NCBI GenBank assembly: GCA_050084985.1
Contig: JBITNC010000001.1
Coordinates: 126,294,001 to 126,358,000 of the forward strand
Length of the DNA stretch: 64,000 bases
Reading direction: 5' to 3'
Source: Nageia nagi
Taxonomy: Eukaryota > Plantae > Pinophyta
This document shows positions 54,652 through 64,000 of this stretch, piece after piece. The first letter of the stretch is position 1. Each line of letters starts with the position of its first letter. Under the pieces are notes generated by a model. The model was not told where the DNA came from. It made no database searches and saw nothing but the letters and a program-made list of their open reading frames with translations. The position numbers and the translations under genes are program-made.

Positions 54652-55282
54652 TATTAGGATCCCATATCCTAACATTTACTTAGGATTATTTATATTTTAG
54701 TTAATTTATATATTTACTTGCATGGTATTGTAAATTAAACCATCATATTTTATAAGATAGATCATCATTTTGAATGTAAAACACCAATTAGAGTAGAATG
54801 ATTATAAATACTTGTAAGAGGGGTAAAGATAGCATCTTGTAAAATAAATTATCTTTTTGATTTGTAAGGAGGAAGCCCCCTCGAAATGACTTGTGATTCA
54901 TATTACCATTAGTAAATTTTTTTTATTTTATTATTTGGTTGTTAATATAAGTATATTATTCCATTTGTTTTACTTGATGTATTATGAGTTTGTGCTTATT
55001 TTGTATTTTGGTATTTTTATGGTATTCAAGATAAAACACCTTTTTCATTCTAATAGGAGAGTAATAGACATCATCTTTGAAAATATATTATTTTAAGTTC
55101 TAAGGAGGTAGCCTTATCAAAGTGGCCTACAATTCATTTTTCTATCAATAAAGTTTCTCTATTGTGATGTTCTTACTATTCTGAGTTATATTATTGTTAT
55201 ATTTTCATTTAGATATGTTACTAGTTCATATTTTTCTATTATTTATTTTAAATTCCATATTATATTTTTTCAATTCCTAACA
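54652..55282 (+). repeat. LTR of host chromovirus (631 bp), flanked by PPT and PBS
   Basis: AAGAGGGATGGCA then TATTAGGA...TCCTAACA then TGGTATTAGAA at 55284. Confidence 0.78.
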
Positions 55283-56399
55283 TTGGTATTAGAAATTTAA
55301 TTTTGGCACCTATGGGTAGGTTGAAGACCTATATTTATCCAATCCTAGCTAAAATATTATCATTTTTTCCAAAACCCTAAGGTTGCATTGAGTTGAAATT
55401 GATTTGTAATCATTAGATGATTATAGCATTCTTGGATCCTCTAATACAGATCTAAAAAACTTATGTTTTGTTTTTAATCTATATTCTCCAATGTATAAAT
55501 GCAAAGATGGATTGGTATACATCCATATTAAAATAGTATTCTACACTACATTCATATAAAATGAAGAGAACATAGAAATATAGTCAAATTCAAGGCCATT
55601 CAGATCTTATTATTACATAGAGAATACATTATAGCCAAAATGAGAATCTTTATTCTATACTCCTAGGCCTATATCTTTTTCTACATAATGAAATCCACTT
55701 TCCTAGCCTTTAGAATAATACAATCTTTTTTTCATTCCCCAACAAGTTCTAAGAGGAAGTATTTACTTTGAAAATAAATTTTATTTCATTGAAACAACCT
55801 TCAAACTTTCAAAATGGATCAAAAAATGAATAAGCACTTAAACATTTTCCCTACATGTTATGTTTCTTTAGTGTTGAAGTTAAGCTCAACATTGGTACTG
55901 ACATCAACATTAGCGTTGGTGGAGTTGGTTGTCCACTAAGGTGTCAAGTCATTATGTTGAGTTTTATGCAGCATTAACATTGCTCTTTTTAACTAATACT
56001 TGGTCCATGGAATTGATTTTGATATATAAACATGCCAAAATGAACAAATTCAAAATACCACACCCAAATTCCTTAGAAACACTAGTATGGGTTCTACTAA
56101 TAGCATTGGCATTGGTAATTTTGATAGTTCTATGGAAAATACCTTGGATGGTAATTAAATATTCAATAAAGGTAAACATGCATATACTCATTGGAAAGGT
56201 ATTTTTGATAACTATCTAATGCAAAAAAAAATCAATGCAATTGGATATCTTTATTAAAAGTTATATCTTTCCAAATATGATTGATATATTTTATGACTAT
56301 TTTTTAGTCAAAAATTTCCATAAACCAATGGCAAAATATTCCAAATACCACCCAACTATGAGAATTTACCAAGTCCTCACACCAACGATATTAGTTATT

Positions 56400-59300
56400 C
56401 ATTATATATGATCAAATTTAGATCACACCTCCATAATGAGGAGGTATTTGGTATCCAAATGCCTAAAATATATAAGGATGAGGAACAACAGTTGCAAATG
56501 AATATGTATAATGTAATATATGATAGGTGTGAATTTGCAAAACTTTGTTGTGTAATAACATTGCCTTCTTCATACAAAATAAATAAATAAATAATAATAT
56601 TTAAAAAATTAATAATAATATTAACAACATTTTTCAAAAATTACTTCAATCTTATCAAAAAAAAGATGAAAATATAGCTTTTTACTTGAATAAAATTATT
56701 AACCCAAGGATCTAACTTGTTGTTTGTAGGTGCAATTGGATCAATGATGAGTTTATGGTCTTTATCATTCTTCAAAACCTTTCTTAAAAGTTTAAAAACT
56801 TTATGATGGTTATGGAAATAAGGTTTGATAAAAAAAAGTCTTTTCCCTTGAGAGCTTTTCTAAGTTCTTTTTGAAGCATGAGAAAATCCTTAACAAAAAG
56901 ATGTTGATTTCTTTTCATAAGGATAATAATGTTTCTCTTGGAGAAATCAAAACTCTTTTTAAGAAAAAGTTCAACCATAAAAAAGAATTTTATCCTTATT
57001 CCTCTAAAAGATTTAAAAAAATAGGTAATGGTAACAATAATAGTAGAAATAATGATAACAACAACAACAACAAAAATAACAACAATAATAGTAAGAACAA
57101 CGATAAGAACCACTTCAAGCAAAGAGATGGAAAAGCAAAGTAAACAATCCATATCATAAAAAAAAAGTTTGATGGTAATTGTAATTATTATGGCATCTAA
57201 GATCATAAAGAAGTTGATTGCTACAAAAAAAAGAGAGAAAAAGAACAAAGGTAATGCAAATGTAAAGAACTTTAAAGAAAAGAAGAATATTCAAACTAAT
57301 TTTGCTATGATGCTCTACTCCATGTCTTGCATTTTTTTATTTGATTGGATTGATAACACTAGTTGCACTAATCACTTATGCTTTGAAAATAAAAAATTTG
57401 CAAACTTTTATAAGTATAGAAAAGATGCAATTATGATAGGTAATAACTCTACCTTTGAAGTTTAAAGAATTAGGAGTGTGTTGATTCATGAGAAGATTCT
57501 TGATAATATGCTCTATGTTCTTAAGCTTAAGATGAACCTTTTCTTCATAATCTAAATTGTTATAAAAGAGTACTCTTTTGAGTTCAACTTTTAATCTTAG
57601 TGCATTAAGAAAATACTTGCTATGTTGGTTAAAGGATCAATCAAAGATGATATCTACATTATGGATCAAATTCTAATAAAAGATATGTCTTGTATAAATA
57701 TATGTTCTAAAGGTAATATTTAACACCAACATTTAGGGTACCTTAACCATAAGAGTATTCAAGTCACAAAAGATCAAGAACTTATGGAAAGTTTATTTTT
57801 TTCTTCTTAAATTGGTCTATACGAGAGGTGCATTCTTGGTAAGATGCATAGACAAAAGTTTGAAAAAGATAAGAAAATAAAAGCATCTCAACTTATTCAA
57901 CTTATGCATTTAGATTTGATGGATTCATTTCAGATTGAATCATTTAGAGAAGCATCTTATGTCTTGACCTTCATTGCTGACTTTAGTAGGATGACCTTTA
58001 GGTATCTACTTGAGCATAAGGATCAAACCTTTAAGAGTTTTAAAAATTTTAATACCTTTATTGAGAATCAAACTAACCTTAAAATCAAGATGCTAAGATC
58101 AGATAATAGAGAAAAATATAATAGTAATGAGTTCAATGACTATTGTGCTAAGTATGGAATGAAGAGATAGTTTATGATTTCTTACACTCTTTAGTAGAAT
58201 GCTGTTACCAAAAAAAAAAGAATAATTATAGAAATGGCTAGATGCATGTTGGGTAATTTTTTTTATTTTTTATAGAGTGAAGTAGTAACCATTGCTATTT
58301 ACACTTTGAATAGGTGTTCTACAAAAGTTATTTAGGGTAAAACTCCTTTTGAGATATGATCAAAAAGAAAACCTAACATTTCATACCTTAAGATGTTTTG
58401 TTATGAAACATTCTTCTACATTATTTATAAAAAAAAGGAAGAAGTTAGATAAAAAGATTAAAAAATGCATCTTTACAGGTTATAAAAGTTAGCATAGAAG
58501 CTACAAGCTCTACTCTCTATCCTATAAAGAAGTATTCATTTCAAAGGATGTAAAATTTAATGAACTTCTTGAATAATCTACTTTTAATAAGGATGTAGAT
58601 AATCTAAAGGACTCTTCAATTGCATCTAATTGGTTAGATATTGATGTAAACAAGTCACCTTAGGATCAAAATTTTTCAACAAAAATAGTAACAAGGAGCA
58701 TGACCTTAAGCAAATCCTTAGTTTATAAGATTAACAAAAAGCATGACCCTTAACCTTCAAAGAAGCTTCTAAGCATGAGTGTTGGATGGAAGCTATGAAA
58801 GTGGAGTATGAGGCATTTATGAAAAATAAAATATAGAATTTGGTTTCTTATATCAATGAGAAGAATGTGATTGGTAATAAGTGGATCTATAAGGTCAAAT
58901 TCAACTCAATCAAAGATATTAAGAAATACAAGGTAAGGTTAGTAGTTAAAGGTTTTACTTAGAAATACGATGTAAATTATAAGAAAACCTTTGCTCCCAT
59001 AGCAAAGATGCCTATTATGAGATTTAATTTTACTCTTTTTGTAGCTCAATGATGAAAATTATTTCAACTTGACATCAAGAGTGCATTCTTCAATGGTGAC
59101 TTAGATATGAAATTTTTTATAAATCAACTAGAAGGGTTCATTATGAAAGGTAAAGAGTCCTTTGTGTGTAATCTAAAGAAGTCATTATATGGATTGAAAA
59201 AAGCACTTAGAGCCTAGTATAGAAAGATATCAAGATATTTTATAGATATTGATTTCTTAAAGTACTTTCTAGACTCTAATTTATATATGCTCACTTAAAA

Positions 59301-60274
59301 AAGAGATGTATTGATTCTCCTTTATGTGGATGATCTTTTGATAATTAAAAATAATAAAAAAATCATTCAAAAATGCATATCCAAACTTAAATTAATATTT
59401 GAAATAATTGATATTGATCTTTTACACTATTATCTTGGAATATAAGTGTACCAATACAAAGATTATACTTATCTTAGTCAATCTAAGAATATATCAAACA
59501 TCTTATAGAAGTTTGGAATGAAAAAATGTAGATATGCTATGATCTTAGTCTCTCTTGGAATCATTATTTATCTGAGCTCCAACTCTCAATTAGTTAATGC
59601 TACAGCTTATAGGTAATTAATTAGTATTTTTTTATATTTGACTATTTCTAGGCTTGATATTAACTTTATAGTGAATCTGATAGCACTATTAATGCAAAAA
59701 CCATATGTTGAGCACCTTAATGCTATTAAGCAAATCTTAAAGAATGTTGTAAGGACTAAGGATCTTACTTTCAAGTATTTTAAATTACCATCAATTATTA
59801 TCTCTAGATTCTGAAATTCTGACTATGGAGATAAATATGATAGGAAACAACCTCTACATATGTATTTAACATTGGTTGAGATGTTATCTCTTAGGCTTTC
59901 AAGAAGCAATCTACTATTTCTCTTTTTACCATAGAATTTGAATACAATACCATGTTTGTTGCAAGCCAAGAAGCTATTTAACTAAGGTATCTTTTGAATG
60001 AAATTAGGTATGAGCAAATTCACTCATCTTTAACTTCTTAAGATAATTAGTCTATTATTTCTTTGGCTAAGAATCCTATATTCCATCAAAAAATAAAACA
60101 TATGGAAATCTAGGTGCATTTCATCAAGAAGAAAGTTTTTGATGGTATCATACACTCGAAATATTATCTATCCACCTTAAACTTCACTAATTTATTTACC
60201 AAGCCCCTCTCAAAAGCTCAATTATATAAGCTTAGGGATGTTATTAGATTAGTAAAGTTGGCTTAAAGGGAAAG
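56400..60274 (+). mobile_element. Decayed Ty1/copia gag-pol
   Basis: gag, knuckle CNYYGI*DHKEVDC, WIDNTSCTNHLC protease, HLDLMD..LRSDN integrase, DIKSAFLNG and LYVDDL RT, LFTKPL RNase H; purine tract AAAGGGAAAG; Asn-coding (AAC/AAT)n at ~57030-57105. Confidence 0.88.
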
Positions 60275-60969
60275 TGAAGTTTGAATTATTGTGTTGAATT
60301 CATATTTATGATAACAACTTCACTTTTAGGAGGATTTTATGTTGTATAGTATGGATTTTACTATACACCTTCATGGTAAATTCATTCTACATGAGGAACT
60401 TATTGTATAAATTTTTTAAAGCAAAAAGATTGGGCAATTTAGTACTATTTAGTTATCCATGTTTGAGGAACTCTTGTGTATTTTAACACTATTCAATTAT
60501 CTATATATGAAAAACTTGTATGTGCATACTCTATTTTTGTTATAATAATCAACACATGTTTTATATACAGTAAGTGACTGAGTTTTTTGGCCTAGCATCT
60601 TTATGATAACTTATTGTATACCATTGATCAGTTCATGATGGTATTTATATAATTCATTTATCTTAGTTTATATAAATATGTTGTATCTAATTGATCTTAT
60701 TATTTGAACTAATTATAACTTGCAGGTTACTTACTTCAGGTATGCAGGCTTTTGGAGACTCTTCATAACTTTCAATTGGTCGACTACTTCATGTATATTG
60801 AAATTAGTTATGGTTAATGATTATATTTAATAAAGTAGTGAGTCTCAAACTAGATCTTTCTTACTTTATAAATATGTTAAAAGTTCTCATCTTTCTTGTA
60901 TCTATTTGGAGGAGAACTCTCTTACTTTCTCTTTTATTCATTCTATCCCAATATTGCATTATAGGGGAG

Positions 60970-61437
60970 TGTTGGTATGTATAACATATTATTGTAAAGG
61001 TTTACATTAATCTTCTTTGTAAATTCACTAATACTTAAGAGTATCATTACATACCTTAAGTATTTAAGTGAATATGATAATGTAACTTTCCCTACACTCC
61101 ATGTCATGAGCATGCCCCTTGGGTAAAAGGGAGTACATTGAGTAAAAGGGTAATCCAAAGAGGGATTTTATCTTATAAATAGAATGCATTTTCTTTGAGA
61201 TTACACACCAATTTGATGAGAAAAGTTATGCTATAGGATAGTGTTTAGGAGATAAGATTAGGAGAATTGTAAGAGTTCATATTTGAGATCAAGAGAGATC
61301 TAGTTAGTGGATGTACTCCTAGTTAGAGGAATCACTTACATCTTATGTTATCTTTGTGAGATTACTTTGTGAGTTTGTTGTTGCAAAAATAACACAGAAA
61401 AAAAAAAACAAGAAAGAAACCACTCTAATCACCTTCA
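60970..61437 (+). repeat. Copia-type LTR related to the solo LTR at 24883
   Basis: Preceded by TAGGGGAG PPT; TGTTGG...ACCTTCA; shared blocks with 24883-25343. Confidence 0.65.
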
Positions 61438-61534
61438 ATGTCTGTATCTTTTCCACATTGCTAGGTTGATTTTATTGATGCTCCTTATTATAGGGGCAAG
61501 CTTTGTGAGCAGTGGAAATAAAGACTCTTCCACA

Positions 61535-61925
61535 TGAAGGCAGAGGTAGAGTATAATTAAAAAGAGATCACACACAAAAATAAAGATTGCAATAAAATAT
61601 AGCTTTTTTTATTGCTCTTTAGATCTACAATGCTTCAAAATGATTTCTTTAGCATTTATCAATTCTATGATCAAGTGCTATCTAATATCAATGTGCTTGG
61701 TTCTTTTGTGAAAGATAACATTTTTGGATAATGCTATGGCTGACTTGTTATCACATAAATATTTCTTTGGTTCATCTTACTTGTACCCAAGGTCTTTCAA
61801 CATTCTCCTTATCCACATTGCTTGACATGTTGCTCCTGTAGCTGCCACATATTCTACTTTAGCTGAAGAAAGAGTAATAATTGATTGTTTCTTTGAAGCC
61901 CATGAGATAACACCTGATCCAAGCT
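61535..61925 (-). mobile_element. Deleted copia fragment: RNase H fused directly to LTR 3' end
   Basis: 61535-61612 duplicates 61965-62045; 61613-61925 duplicates ~62447-62752. Confidence 0.75.
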
Positions 61926-61964
61926 CTCCCCCTCTTATCTACTTCATCACATGCCAAAAAAAAG

Positions 61965-64000
61965 TGAAGGCAAAGGTAGAGTATAATAAAAAATAGAGAT
62001 CATACAAAAGTTAAGAGTAAAATAAAATAGAGCTATTTTATTGTATCATAAATTCATTACATATGAAGCTTCAACTTCTACATGCTATAACGTGTTCATT
62101 TCGTTCATACACATTATTTTCTAAAAACTAATTTTTTTTATTTATAAAATATGTTAGAACACACTCATTAGACTTTTAGACATTTCTAACTATTTAATGC
62201 TTTTAGCTAACAGTGTAAATAAAATATAACAATAAATATATGCCTAAAATATTAAATAACAAAAATAAAAAATTAAATATAATATATATGTTCCCAAAAA
62301 ATTATACAATGGCAATTAGGATTAATTTTTCAACACTCCCCCTTAATAACAATTGGTAATACCGCCATCCATGATGCTTAAGCTATCTCTTTAATGTTCA
62401 AATTCCTCTTTCCCAATGGCTTGGTAAAAATATCTATATATTACTTTTTAGATCTATAATGCTCCAAAATGATTTTTCTGGCATTTATCAATTCTATGAT
62501 GAAGTGATATCTAGTATCAATGTGCTTGGTTCTTTTGTGAAAGATAACATTTTTGGATAGTACTATGGCTGACTTGTTAGCATATAAAAATTTTGTTAGT
62601 TTCTCTTGCTTTTATCCAAGTTCTTTCAACATTATCCTTACCCACATTGCTTGACATGTTGCTCCTATAGCTACCACATATTCTACTCTAGCTAAAGAAA
62701 GAGTGACAATTGGTTGTTTCTTCAAAGCCCATGAGATAACACCTAATCCAAGATCAAATACATAGCTAGAGTTACTCTTCCTGTCACCTACACTACTTAC
62801 CCAATCACTATCTATTTATCTCTGAGCTAACTTTAATTGGCTTCTTGCAAGTGTGTTACTTTTGGTGTCTCCATAAACCTTGAAATTAAGCTCACTACAT
62901 ACATTATGTCTGGTCTTGTAGTTGTCAAATACATTAAGCTTCCCACCATACTCTTAGACAAGGTTGAATTTTCATTTTTCTCCAATCTTCCTTTTTCAAT
63001 TTCAAGCCCATGGCTATTGAAGTTGGAGTTGGTTTATTATTTTCCATATTGGATCTCTTTAACATGTCTACATTACTTGATTTGATCAAAACAGTAGGCT
63101 CACCATCGCTTTTCCAAAAGTTATTTCTCATAAAATAAGAATCTATTTTGTTGTACCATGCAGAGGGTGCTTGTTTTAGTCTAGAAAGTGCCTTTTTTTA
63201 ATCTTGTACACCTTATTTTCTTGTCCTAGAACTTTATAACCAAGTGGTTGCTCCACAAACACTTCCTCTTTCAAGATTCTATTAAAATGTTGATTTTAAA
63301 TTTATTTGGTATACATTCCATTTTCTTTGAGTTATTATTGCCAAGAATGTTCTCATTATTTCCATCCTTACAACTAGAGCAAATATCTTATCATAATCTA
63401 TTCCATGATTTTGCTTGTATCCTTGGAAAACTAGCCTTGCCTAATACCTATAAATCTTTCCTTCAACATTGTATTCAATAATATAGATCCACTGATTACA
63501 TCCTTTGTTTATTGAAGATTCACCAATTTCCATGTATCATTCTTTTCTATGGTTTATATTTCTTCATCCATGGCTATAACCCATTTCTATTTCTTAATTG
63601 CATCTTTAAAATAAATTGGATCACCTATAGGCGAATACAAAGCATAAAGCAAATTCTGATCTCCATAATTTTCTTCTTCATCTTGCCAATAAATTTCTCT
63701 TAAACTTCTTATTTATTATCTTCTCATCCTTGCCAATGTGGGGTTTGAAGTCTCAATTGAAGTTGGGCTTCTAGATGTACTTGTTAACTATGTTTGATGC
63801 ATAGTTGGATGAGTAGTTGCTTGAATTATTGAAGAGAAACTTGTGTTTGCTAATGTTTTCACCTGAGGATCACTTTATTTTTCTTAAATGGATTTGAGAG
63901 GAGTCACAACTATAGGAATATTTGATGTTACTATTACTTCTTTATTTTCTTATGGCAAACTTGATATTACATTCATTGTTCTCTCCAAACTTCCATCCCA
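61965..64000 (-). mobile_element. Ty1/copia 3' half (RT/RNase H remnants, PPT, 371-bp 3' LTR 61965-62335)
   Basis: TGTTGAAAA...GCCTTCA LTR on -; PPT CTCCCCCTT on +; KQAPSAWYNKIDSYF, ISWALKKQPIVTLS, HKRTKHID, DIFTKPL. Confidence 0.85.

Noticed and set aside
55300-56400. Possible further LTR or gag fragments
   Set aside because: No termini, TSD or recognisable motif; left unannotated
56784-57248. 154-aa hydrophobic minus-strand ORF as a membrane protein
   Set aside because: Antisense shadow of the Asn/Lys-rich copia gag

Overview
Very AT-rich, CpG/CHG-depleted heterochromatin-like DNA from a large-genome seed plant (gymnosperm-like; inference). It has no intact host gene and is mostly nested, decayed retroelements. 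From left to right: (1) 1-11671, a pol-less (gag-only) Ty3/gypsy-type element in head-to-tail tandem sharing an LTR, with a TIR DNA element inserted in its gag; (2) an L1 LINE 3' remnant, a PMD-domain remnant and an LRR gene fragment; (3) a minus-strand SIRE/Maximus copia (18336-27441) with a solo LTR inserted at its gag start codon; (4) scrambled PPR pseudogene fragments, then a Tat/Ogre-like 3' end (antisense PMD, ~90-bp repeats, LTR); (5) a three-level nest; (6) further copia remnants at 56.4-64 kb. In the nest, a chromovirus integrase is split by a 17.3-kb insert (36766-54106) bounded by a single ATACC TSD. That insert is a tandem array of nine ~1.17-kb [truncated LTR-PBS-truncated CRM-like gag] monomers, itself interrupted by a full-length CRM-like gypsy (46440-53359, TSD TGATC). 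This array, an LTR-gag cassette apparently amplified in situ into a nascent satellite from a monomer whose ORF was probably still open, is the most notable structure. All family assignments come from motif recognition by eye; no searches or alignments were run.
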